A stretch of DNA of 64,000 bases from Candidatus Pacearchaeota archaeon (lineage in GTDB: Archaea; Nanobdellota; Nanobdellia; Pacearchaeales; GW2011-AR1), in the NCBI GenBank assembly GCA_002688415.1, contig NZCX01000021.1:6660-70659 (forward strand). Reading direction: 5' to 3'. The notes under the pieces are model-generated. The model did no database searches and was not told the DNA's origin. It was given only the letters and a program-made list of their open reading frames with translations. A program made the translations under genes and the position numbers. Positions 18,171 through 25,933 of the stretch are shown in pieces; position 1 is the stretch's first letter; each line of letters opens with the position of its first letter.

Positions 18171-18773
18171 TTAGTGATTTTTCTCCTTTTTAACTCTCAC
18201 TTTTACGCTTTTAAGCATCTTTTTTTTGTTCTCAGTGCTAATATACAGTCTCTTCTTGCCATTTAGCTCTCGTATTTCTTCAATAATTCCAGGATTCTTC
18301 TGTTTTATATTATTTATTTGTCCACGGATAGTACTTTTGTCCTTTCCAAGAATCATACTAACATCCTCATAGCTTAATTTGTTTTCATTATTGAAAAACA
18401 CATATACTATCGCCCTCTCCATCATCGTCAACTGTTCTAAATTGCCTGTTTGAACAGCTGTTTGGACGCCTGTTTGGACAGGGAGCCTGTTTGTTTGTGT
18501 TTGAACAGCTGTTTGGACAAGCTCCTTGGCAGGAGGGATAATCCCAGGATTTAGAAAAGAAATGCTATTTTTCATCTCATCAACTACCACATTAAGGGCA
18601 ACAATATCAGATCTCAACTTTTCTATGTCTGTTTTATAACTTTCGGATTTCACGTCGATATGTTTAATCCAGTCCCCAACTTTTCCAATATCACCCTTCA
18701 CATTTTCAAAAGAATCTTGAACTTCCTTTCGTAGTTTGTCAACTTTCTTTTTACCACCCAAAAAACCAAACAT
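18171..18773 (-). CDS. Coiled-coil + QTAV-repeat linker + C-terminal wHTH protein (paralog B)
   Basis: MFGFLGGKKK N-terminus, SFENVKGDI coiled coil, VQTAVQT repeats, LTMMERAIV...LSYEDVSMILGKDKSTIRGQI HTH. ATG at 18773 is about 25 nt from TTATAA. Confidence 0.75.
   Translation of the reverse strand: MFGFLGGKKKVDKLRKEVQDSFENVKGDIGKVGDWIKHIDVKSESYKTDIEKLRSDIVALNVVVDEMKNSISFLNPGIIPPAKELVQTAVQTQTNRLPVQTGVQTAVQTGNLEQLTMMERAIVYVFFNNENKLSYEDVSMILGKDKSTIRGQINNIKQKNPGIIEEIRELNGKKRLYISTENKKKMLKSVKVRVKKEKNH
18446..18519 (-). repeat. Intragenic repeat array CTGTTTG(A/G)AC
   Basis: ctgtttgaacagctgtttggacgcctgtttggaca...gtgtttgaacagctgtttggaca. Confidence 0.8.
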
Positions 18774-18810
18774 CTTAATCAATAAAACACACCTTTACTT
18801 ATAAACCTTT

Positions 18811-19002
18811 CTGTCTGTTTGGACAGCAAACAGCACACAAACAGCCGTTTAGCCCACACAAGTGCCTAATTTTATGAAAAAATGATAGAAAAATGATTTA
18901 CCGACGGGAAAAATACTGCCACACAGTGATACAAACACCCATCCAAACACCTGTCCACGCCTGTCCAACACGTGAGGGATAAACAAACATTGTCCGTCCA
19001 AA
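18811..19002. repeat. Intergenic copies of the same GTCCAAACAG-like repeat in both orientations
   Basis: ctgtttggacagcaaacagcacacaaacag (18815-18844); atccaaacacctgtccacgcctgtccaacac and gtccgtccaaaa (18941-19003). Confidence 0.7.
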
Positions 19003-19057
19003 AGCAGAGAAGGCCAACCTCACAAATATTTATAAACAAACAATACCTAAAAAAGAC

Positions 19058-19345
19058 ATGCATTTCAAGCAAAAGGCAACCTATTCTTGGATAATCTCTT
19101 CAGCAGTATTAGCACTCTCTATACTCTTCCCAATAGTCCCATGCCAGACAGGAGCCAATGTGCCAAATGCAATTTATAGCTGGAAAATGTGTCGCCTAAG
19201 TCCAGATCTAATGTGTACAACAGAGCTAAAGACCTTCTTTTTCGGATATACCACCTCAATGACGGAATCTTATCTAATCCTGTTGGTATTAGCACTTCTA
19301 ATTACATTCGGTGCTTTTTCAATATTGACAAGAAAAAAGAATTAA
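19058..19345 (+). CDS. Small membrane protein with cysteines
   Basis: N- and C-terminal hydrophobic helices, three Cys in between, TTTATAAA upstream. Confidence 0.65.
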   Translation: MHFKQKATYSWIISSAVLALSILFPIVPCQTGANVPNAIYSWKMCRLSPDLMCTTELKTFFFGYTTSMTESYLILLVLALLITFGAFSILTRKKN

Positions 19346-19637
19346 TACACTAAGAGACAAAAATCAGCAACTTACTTAATGTAATGCAAATAAGCTAGAT
19401 TCTACATATAGGCAGAGGCCATTCGCTAGACTTTTCATACTATAAACAACGCAAGTATCCAAGTATCCAATGTCAAACAGAAATCACACAATTAGCCGAC
19501 TAAGATCCTAGCCCAAATCTCGGGAAAACACCCAGTCGCCATATTTAGAAAATACCCATCAGACCACATAACATAGAGCACACAGTATTGACATTCTAAA
19601 TAATCAAAAAACCACAGAAAAACAGATTTTAGAGCTT

Positions 19638-19665
19638 AGTTCGCATAATATACATTGTATGAAGT
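19638..19665. other. dif-like Xer recombination site
   Basis: 11-6-11 structure AGTTCGCATAA-TATACA-TTGTATGAAGT. The left arm resembles bacterial XerC arms and the spacer is the reverse complement of TGTATA. About 1 kb upstream of xerA. Confidence 0.7.
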
Positions 19666-19736
19666 TCTTACTGTACAAAACGAACGAAAATAGCCCGTTC
19701 CCACAAAGTTTTTATATGCGAACGTTCTAAAAGTGG

Positions 19737-20222
19737 GTGATAAAGGAGTGTGACAACTGCAAGCAGGAAAAAGACCATCATGCCAAAGGGCTTTGCTATA
19801 GTTGTTACAAGAAGCTATATTTCAAGCCAAAAATCTTAACCTGCAAGCGATGTAAAAGAAAACTTGCAATACATGCTAAGGGATTATGCGCTGGTTGTTA
19901 CAACTACACATTTCACCAAGACAAAAACAAGGCATATCAACAGCGGAAAAAGAACAAAATTAGCATAAAAACATACCAAAAAACAACTGAAAAGTGTGTA
20001 ATCTGTGGTTTTGACAAGGTAGTGGACATTCATCATCTCGACGCCAACAAGAAGAATAATGCAGAAAGCAACCTAATAGGCCTTTGCCCGAATCACCACA
20101 GGATGATTAACAACTATAAATACAAGTTTGAAGTGTTTGCTGAACTTGCAAAGCTAGGATACAGGCTCCCAATCAGTGAAAAAGTAGATTATCATTCACT
20201 ATCTAGCCAAAAAGCACAATAG
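19737..20222 (+). CDS. HNH endonuclease with duplicated N-terminal Cys/His Zn motifs
   Basis: Two CxxC...HAKGLCxxCY repeats, then CVICG...DIHH...N...NLIGLCPNHH. GTG start. Confidence 0.8.
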   Translation: MIKECDNCKQEKDHHAKGLCYSCYKKLYFKPKILTCKRCKRKLAIHAKGLCAGCYNYTFHQDKNKAYQQRKKNKISIKTYQKTTEKCVICGFDKVVDIHHLDANKKNNAESNLIGLCPNHHRMINNYKYKFEVFAELAKLGYRLPISEKVDYHSLSSQKAQ

Positions 20223-20662
20223 TTTACATTAGCAAGTGCATCCTTTCTGTTAAATGATTGATCTATAGATGATATCTTTTCTACTTAGACAAAAAAGTAC
20301 TCTTGAGACGCTTTAATCAGCCAAATCAACCATTAAAGTATAGATTAGCTAAACTTTATGAAATAAGTTCGTACAACCACAATAAACTACCTTACAAGAA
20401 AAAGAAAAGTGAGAGTTAGAATAGCTTAAAAAATTAGAAAAGTGAGTTTGGCAACAAATCCCTACAAAAAAAGAGAAAAATGAGGGTTAAAATTAAAGCA
20501 ATAAATAGAAGAAAAAGATTATCTCCACCGACGATAAAATCCAAGCAAACGAGTGGGGCGAATCTTCCAGATTAAACCAAAAGATCAATAGGCCGCTACA
20601 CCGAATAACTCCATAAAGACAAGACATAAGTTTAAATAGAAGTTCGCACAATATCTAAAGAG

Positions 20663-21496
20663 GTGAAGATGGATAAAGGCCAATTTTTAGAGATTATTGA
20701 AACAGAATTGTCAATTTCTAAGCACTCACCATACACAATTAGGAATTACCTAGACGCCAATGCTAAGCTATTAGACTTTATACAAAAGGATCCTGAAAAT
20801 ATAACGTCTGAAGACGTAAAGACCTACATGGTAAAAAACCTCCAAGATTCCAAGGCAAGTTCTGTAATCCTTTTTTTGGCCGCAATCAAGTTTGCTTATA
20901 CCCTAGCTGTCAAGAGAGATATCACAATTTCAATAAAACGTCCAAAAAGGGAAAAAATATTGCCGACAGTTCTATCTAAACGAGAGGTAAAACTTCTCCT
21001 TAATGCGATTCCAAATCAAAAGTCCAAACTAATTCTATCAATAATTTACGCTTGTGGGATGAGGGTGTCTGAATTAACAAACCTAAGGATTAAGGATCTA
21101 AACTTCAATGAAAATATAGGACACATAAAACAATCAAAAGGAAAAAAAGACAGAATTTTCAATATACCCTCATTTTTGGAAGAAGATCTTCAGAGTCAAA
21201 CAAAACGACAAAAAGAACTCGGGATGGAATTCTTGTTTACGGGGCCAAAAGGTAAGCTTTCAACAAGGAACATCCAAAAGATAGTCAAAAAAGCTGCACA
21301 AAAGGCTAATCTCTCAGACGAAGTTCATACACACACTTTGCGTCATTCATTTGCAACACATTTATTAGAAAATGAAGTAGACATTAGAAAAATACAGAAA
21401 CTTTTAGGGCACAGTTCAATATCTACAACCGAAATTTATACACATCTTTCCACGCAGGAGCTAAAAAAGATTAAATCTCCAATAGATAGCTTATAA
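20663..21496 (+). CDS. xerA: XerA-type tyrosine recombinase
   Basis: SPYTIRNY, GMRVSEL, KGKKDR, HTLRHSFATHLLE, LLGHSSISTTEIYTH (R-K-H-R-H-Y residues intact). Confidence 0.92.
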   Translation: MKMDKGQFLEIIETELSISKHSPYTIRNYLDANAKLLDFIQKDPENITSEDVKTYMVKNLQDSKASSVILFLAAIKFAYTLAVKRDITISIKRPKREKILPTVLSKREVKLLLNAIPNQKSKLILSIIYACGMRVSELTNLRIKDLNFNENIGHIKQSKGKKDRIFNIPSFLEEDLQSQTKRQKELGMEFLFTGPKGKLSTRNIQKIVKKAAQKANLSDEVHTHTLRHSFATHLLENEVDIRKIQKLLGHSSISTTEIYTHLSTQELKKIKSPIDSL

Positions 21497-21507
21497 AAAA
21501 TAGTAAA

Positions 21508-22353
21508 TCAAGAACAGCGAAAATCTCCATCAACAATCTTTTGAATAATGCGCTTCCTTTCGCCCGGCTTCATGCCTTTATATGCAGGAATGAGCCCCTT
21601 ATGTATTCTCTCGTCAAATAGTTGATAGCTTTGTTCGGCGCTAAGGTCAAGAAGTCCATTGGCAACAGCATCTCTTTGAGACAGAGGAACCTCACGCACA
21701 AAAGCGCATATGCTACCAAGAACTTGCGCAAATTCGTAAGGGATATGATGCGAGGAGGAATGATTTGAAATGTCAGACAACAGCTGCGAAGGGTCATCGC
21801 TAGAAGATAAAAGACTTACCAAATTTGGAAACGCAGAAAACAATTGTAGATTACCTTTACTGTTCATAGATATCAACTTCTCTAATGTTTCTATCGCGAC
21901 GGTCGTATCTTGAGGGAATCGCTTAACCTTCTTATAAAATTCACCAACATTCTTCAGATCAACAACTCCAAGTCTGTTTAACTCAATAACATCGTAATAG
22001 TCTTTTTCTCTAAGTGGATCCATGGCACAAGTTTTAGATGCAACGATAAAATCTCCATTCATGAAGTAGTATTTTGTTCCATCGATCACAGTAGAGTCAT
22101 AGTTGGCAAGCGCTTCTTCTTGGGAAACAGAAAAACAGCTAAAAATATTATTTGGAGTACACGAGTGGACAGGATACTTTTCCCCATCAAGAGCCATAAT
22201 ATCAAAGTCAGAGATTTGTCGCCTATTTGCACTATTTTCTTTTTCTTGGTGTAGCCTAACCGCGGTACCACCAAGAAATAAATATTTCATACCGGAATTT
22301 TCCATTTGAGGATGCTTTCTCGTAAATTCTGCGAGACTAGTTAAGTCTTCCAT
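21508..22353 (-). CDS. Nucleotidyltransferase-fold protein (AbiEii/MenT-like N-terminus)
   Basis: LGGTAV..H, SDFDI and K...REKDYYD motifs; helical C-terminal half unassigned. Confidence 0.6.
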   Translation of the reverse strand: MEDLTSLAEFTRKHPQMENSGMKYLFLGGTAVRLHQEKENSANRRQISDFDIMALDGEKYPVHSCTPNNIFSCFSVSQEEALANYDSTVIDGTKYYFMNGDFIVASKTCAMDPLREKDYYDVIELNRLGVVDLKNVGEFYKKVKRFPQDTTVAIETLEKLISMNSKGNLQLFSAFPNLVSLLSSSDDPSQLLSDISNHSSSHHIPYEFAQVLGSICAFVREVPLSQRDAVANGLLDLSAEQSYQLFDERIHKGLIPAYKGMKPGERKRIIQKIVDGDFRCS

Positions 22354-22433
22354 TCATTTTTTACAATAATTTCTTATTTAAACCTTTCGATTATGTAACC
22401 CTTATAGAATAACAACAATGCAGCTAGGAGTAT

Positions 22434-22835
22434 CTATCTGAAAGAGGTCTGTCTCATTGCTCGTGCTTTAGAATCCCCTGGCTTACAGGTCTCTTTCCTT
22501 CGAGTGTCTGCAATCAGTAGAGTTCTATCATAGCTGATAAACGCTCTCTTAACATCCTCATTCTTTGTAAACTCAACAATTGCTCTAGAAATAGCCAATC
22601 TACTGGCCTGTATTTGTCCAGAAACTCCACCGCCCTTCACATTAACAGAAATATCAAAGTTTAATTTGCCCAAGACATCATTCGCGATAATAATCGGCTC
22701 ACTCACTTCTAGCTGTAATAGATGTGGATAGCTAGAAATTGGTTTCTTATTAATTGTAATTTTTCCTGTCCCATCAACAATAGTAGCTTTAGCAATAGCC
22801 TCCTTTCTTTTTCCAGTCACAACAAGGTTATTCAT
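22434..22835 (-). CDS. rps9: 30S ribosomal protein S9 (uS9)
   Basis: GKRKEAIA, VKGGGVSGQ, DRTLLIADTRRKE. Confidence 0.97.
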   Translation of the reverse strand: MNNLVVTGKRKEAIAKATIVDGTGKITINKKPISSYPHLLQLEVSEPIIIANDVLGKLNFDISVNVKGGGVSGQIQASRLAISRAIVEFTKNEDVKRAFISYDRTLLIADTRRKETCKPGDSKARAMRQTSFR

Positions 22836-23245
22836 TTCAATGCCTCCACAATTTCTTTCATATAACTATATTTCATTGGCTTTCTATGCTTAAACTTCTT
22901 AGCAGCTTTCAATTCATCCTCTTTAAAGCCACTCTCTCCATCATAACACTTTAGCCTCCTGTGTGCGTCTCGTCCCTTTGCCCTATCCCATGGAAGCATT
23001 CCCCTTATAATTCTCTTAACTAATCTATCTGGTTGCCTGATATAGATGGGGCCTTTCAAAGAACTACCCTGCCCCATTTTTCTTTTTTGTTTAATCCTGT
23101 CTACAAAAACTTTTTTCTTTCCAGAAACAATAAGCTTCTCGCAATTAACCAGATCAACAAATTTTCCTTTCAAAAGCTCTTTAGCAACGAAGCTGCCAAC
23201 CCTTCCAAGAATTCCTTCAGAACCATCCACAATGATCTTAACCAT
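22832..23245 (-). CDS. rpl13: 50S ribosomal protein L13 (uL13)
   Basis: ILGRVGSFVAKELL, RIIRGMLP. Confidence 0.97.
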   Translation of the reverse strand: MVKIIVDGSEGILGRVGSFVAKELLKGKFVDLVNCEKLIVSGKKKVFVDRIKQKRKMGQGSSLKGPIYIRQPDRLVKRIIRGMLPWDRAKGRDAHRRLKCYDGESGFKEDELKAAKKFKHRKPMKYSYMKEIVEALK

Positions 23246-23607
23246 TATCTAATAACCATCAAGCCGTTTAATTCTGGATTTTTCTTAATTTCTTCTTGAA
23301 GAGATATAAAGCTGCCCTTCGATTCCTTAATTTTTTCAATAGCCCTATCGCTAGCACTCCATGCAACAATCTTTTTAGGACTCTCTAGGTCTCCAGCACT
23401 CAATATCTTACCACAAACAAGAGTATCACCTTCAACGTGGGAAAGATCCTTAAGGTTAATCGCCGGCCATCTCCTTTTGGGCTTAGCTAGTTCTTTAGCA
23501 ACTTCAGGATTAGTTCTTTTTAACTTAATGATAGTTTCAACTAGAAAAGGATCTTTTTTCCTTTGTATTCTCTTCTCAATCTTTGTTTTGCTTATTTTTC
23601 TTTCCAT
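23245..23607 (-). CDS. rpl18e: 50S ribosomal protein L18e
   Basis: PKRRWPAINL, GKILSAG, SASDRAIEKI; conserved position before L13. Confidence 0.92.
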   Translation of the reverse strand: MERKISKTKIEKRIQRKKDPFLVETIIKLKRTNPEVAKELAKPKRRWPAINLKDLSHVEGDTLVCGKILSAGDLESPKKIVAWSASDRAIEKIKESKGSFISLQEEIKKNPELNGLMVIR

Positions 23608-23624
23608 TTTTTCTTATGATCAAA

Positions 23625-23707
23625 TGAGGGAAGGAGGATTCGAACCCCCGTAGGCAAAAACCAATGCGCCCTTAACGCATCCCGTTTGACCGCTCCGGCA
23701 TTCCCTC
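23625..23707 (-). tRNA. tRNA-Leu, anticodon AAG
   Basis: GAGGGAA acceptor stem, D arm, ATGCG-TTAAGGG-CGCAT anticodon arm, long variable arm, GGGGG-TTCGAAT-CCTCC T arm, discriminator A; CCA not encoded. Confidence 0.93.
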
Positions 23708-23784
23708 GTTCTATGTGGGAAACTTTTAATCTAAGTATCAATTCGCAAATTCAAATTGCGAACATAAAAGCAGCTCATATATAA

Positions 23785-24492
23785 TTATTTGAGCGCTTTC
23801 AAAACAGCATCTAATTCGCCCTTCAGAGTTTCAGCTGCGCTTGTGAATATCTCTCCAACTTTCATTTGGCCCCAAGATTCAATAACAAATACCAAATCAT
23901 TTCCAAAGCTAATTTCGATCCCAGGGTATTTCTCAACATCTTCATTATCTAAAACACATTTCCAAGCGTCCTTAACCTTCAATTTGTCTTTAAACTCAAA
24001 AACTTCAGGATAATTTTCTGCAAGTTCAAGAAGCGCTTCTCCTTCCTTGCCAATCTTTATTGTAGGGTATTGTCTATAAAACATAAGGCCAGGTGTAAAC
24101 TTAGAATGTTCTCTGCCAGTCCCAACACCAGCACGGGCAACAACTTCCAAGGTTTGTCCATTTTCCAATAGAACAATTGGCATATCCGGGTAAATAACAC
24201 TATCTCCCAATTCTCCGCTCTCAACAATAATACTTTCTTCTTTCCCAGCTTTTTTCTTAAGTTTTAATTCTAAAACCTCACCTTTCTTGAGCTTTTGATT
24301 TTTTAAAGGGAGAAGGCCTAATCTGTGTGCAATTATTTCATCGTAGAGAACACTGTCATTTTTATAAACATCACATTCCGCAATAGCTAAAACAGGTATA
24401 TCCATAACAGATCTTCGAAGGGCATTTGCTAAACTAATATCTAAATTAGCCTTCCAAACCATCTTGTCATTGTTTTTTTCTATAAGTTCCAT
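23785..24492 (-). CDS. rpoD: RNA polymerase subunit D (Rpo3)
   Basis: LANALRR, NDSVLYDEIIAHRLGLLPL, GREHSKF. Confidence 0.97.
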   Translation of the reverse strand: MELIEKNNDKMVWKANLDISLANALRRSVMDIPVLAIAECDVYKNDSVLYDEIIAHRLGLLPLKNQKLKKGEVLELKLKKKAGKEESIIVESGELGDSVIYPDMPIVLLENGQTLEVVARAGVGTGREHSKFTPGLMFYRQYPTIKIGKEGEALLELAENYPEVFEFKDKLKVKDAWKCVLDNEDVEKYPGIEISFGNDLVFVIESWGQMKVGEIFTSAAETLKGELDAVLKALK

Positions 24493-24522
24493 ATTATTAA
24501 TTTTGATTTCGAGTTTTTAAGT

Positions 24523-24912
24523 CTATACTCTACGTCCTCTCCGACCTCCTTTCTTCTTTGGGCCACCACGGGGGATCTTAGTAACATCACTGATGCTCCT
24601 AATCCTAATACCTTCTTTCGTTAGTGTTTTGATGATTGCGTTTGCTCCTGGCCCGATTCCAGTTGCACCTGTTTGACCACGCATTCGAACTTCAAGATTC
24701 GTAACCTTATAATCCCTACACATTTCCTGAATTCTCTTCGCTATAAACATAGCAATAGTTGGATTAGCTTTCATTCTATTGTGTTTTGTAACAAGGCCGC
24801 CAGTAACCTTCCCAATAGTATTCCCGGCCAGATCATTCAAGCTAACAACAGTATTATTGAAACTAGCATAAATATTCAAAACAAAAACGTTATCCTTGAT
24901 GTCTTTAGCCAT
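24523..24912 (-). CDS. rps11: 30S ribosomal protein S11 (uS11)
   Basis: IYASFNNT, GPGA, ISDVT, KGGRRGRRV. Confidence 0.97.
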   Translation of the reverse strand: MAKDIKDNVFVLNIYASFNNTVVSLNDLAGNTIGKVTGGLVTKHNRMKANPTIAMFIAKRIQEMCRDYKVTNLEVRMRGQTGATGIGPGANAIIKTLTKEGIRIRSISDVTKIPRGGPKKKGGRRGRRV

Positions 24913-25466
24913 TATTCTTTAGCCTCCAATGCAGCTTCTTCTTTTACTTCCTCTGCCGGTTTTTCTTCAGCTGTTTCTTCAACGGGAGCAGCTTCTTTAA
25001 CCGGTTTTATCTTCTTGGGCCTAACTTCTATTTGCCCCTCCAATTCTTTAGTAACCCAAAAAGATGGGCTATTAACAACAGAGCCATTGACTAAAACATA
25101 TTTGTGAACTACTAGCTGTCTTGCCTGCTTTACTGTCCCAGCCATTTTCTTCTTAAATAATATTGTTTGGAGTCTTCTGTCGAGTATGTCCTTCTCATTT
25201 AAACCAAGGACTCCAGAGATATCTTTTACGGCAATACCTTTTTTGTTTAACTTTTCTATGAGTTTCTGCTTTTCTTCATCAGGCTTACTAATTAAATCCT
25301 TAGCCCTTTTTCTCAACTTACTCGTAACGCTTTTTGCCTTCCAGATCTCTCTTTTATTCTTAAGCCCATATTCACTAACAATCTTATTCTCTTGATCGAT
25401 TCGTTCTCTATCAAAAAGATTTCTTGGTCTATCATAGCTTTTTCTTTTTCTTTTTATATCTCCCAT
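24912..25466 (-). CDS. rps4: 30S ribosomal protein S4 (uS4)
   Basis: YGLKNKREIW, DRRLQT, QARQLVVH. Start taken at MGDIK. Confidence 0.96.
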   Translation of the reverse strand: MGDIKRKRKSYDRPRNLFDRERIDQENKIVSEYGLKNKREIWKAKSVTSKLRKRAKDLISKPDEEKQKLIEKLNKKGIAVKDISGVLGLNEKDILDRRLQTILFKKKMAGTVKQARQLVVHKYVLVNGSVVNSPSFWVTKELEGQIEVRPKKIKPVKEAAPVEETAEEKPAEEVKEEAALEAKE

Positions 25467-25467
25467 C

Positions 25468-25932
25468 TTATTTCTTTTTAACCCCCGTGACACCACTTTT
25501 CTTTCTATTTTTTCTAAAATTAGCCTTAGTTCTTTGTCCTCTAACCGGCAGACTATTCATATGTCGAACACCCTTATAGGATCTTATCTTCTTAAGCCTC
25601 TTAAGATCAAATTCTTTTTCTAATTTTAAATCTGCGCCATTCATATGCTTATCTTCCCCAGTCTCAAAATCCTTTTGTCTATTTTTCATAAATCCAGGAA
25701 CTTCAGGATTATCGATAAAGCCCTCAATCTTGGAAATCTCTTCTTTGCTCAATTCACCAATTCTTTTTTCCACGCTAATTCCAAGAACTTTGCATAAAGC
25801 ATTCCCAAGAGACCATGAAACTCCTTTGATCTTTTGAAGCCCAACTAAGACTTGTTTACCAGAAAGTATGTCACTACCTTTAATCCTGATTAGTCTTTCA
25901 TGCTCTTCCATTTTTTCTTTTGTTTTTTCCAT
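25468..25932 (-). CDS. rps13: 30S ribosomal protein S13 (uS13)
   Basis: IKGVS, NRQKDFETG, YKGVRH...LPVRGQRTKAN. Confidence 0.97.
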   Translation of the reverse strand: MEKTKEKMEEHERLIRIKGSDILSGKQVLVGLQKIKGVSWSLGNALCKVLGISVEKRIGELSKEEISKIEGFIDNPEVPGFMKNRQKDFETGEDKHMNGADLKLEKEFDLKRLKKIRSYKGVRHMNSLPVRGQRTKANFRKNRKKSGVTGVKKK

Positions 25933-25933
25933 A

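Noticed and set aside
17397..19003. CRISPR array
   Set aside because: Repeats are about 10-13 bp, irregularly spaced, partly in coding sequence, with no unique spacers and no cas genes.
19452..19471. CAAGTATC tandem duplication
   Set aside because: Only two and a half copies of an 8-mer; compatible with chance slippage.
19346..22433. Provirus or integrative element built around the tyrosine recombinase
   Set aside because: The recombinase is short and XerA-like, there is no adjacent tRNA or att duplication, and no viral or conjugation genes are visible.
23625..23707. Reading the tRNA-Leu anticodon as TAA
   Set aside because: The 5-bp stem fixes a 7-nt loop TTAAGGG with AAG central; TAA would need an off-centre loop.
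23742..23762. Inverted repeat TTCGCAA-N7-TTGCGAA as a second dif site
   Set aside because: Arms are only 7 bp and do not fit the 11-6-11 layout; more likely a terminator or regulatory hairpin between rpoD and the tRNA promoter.
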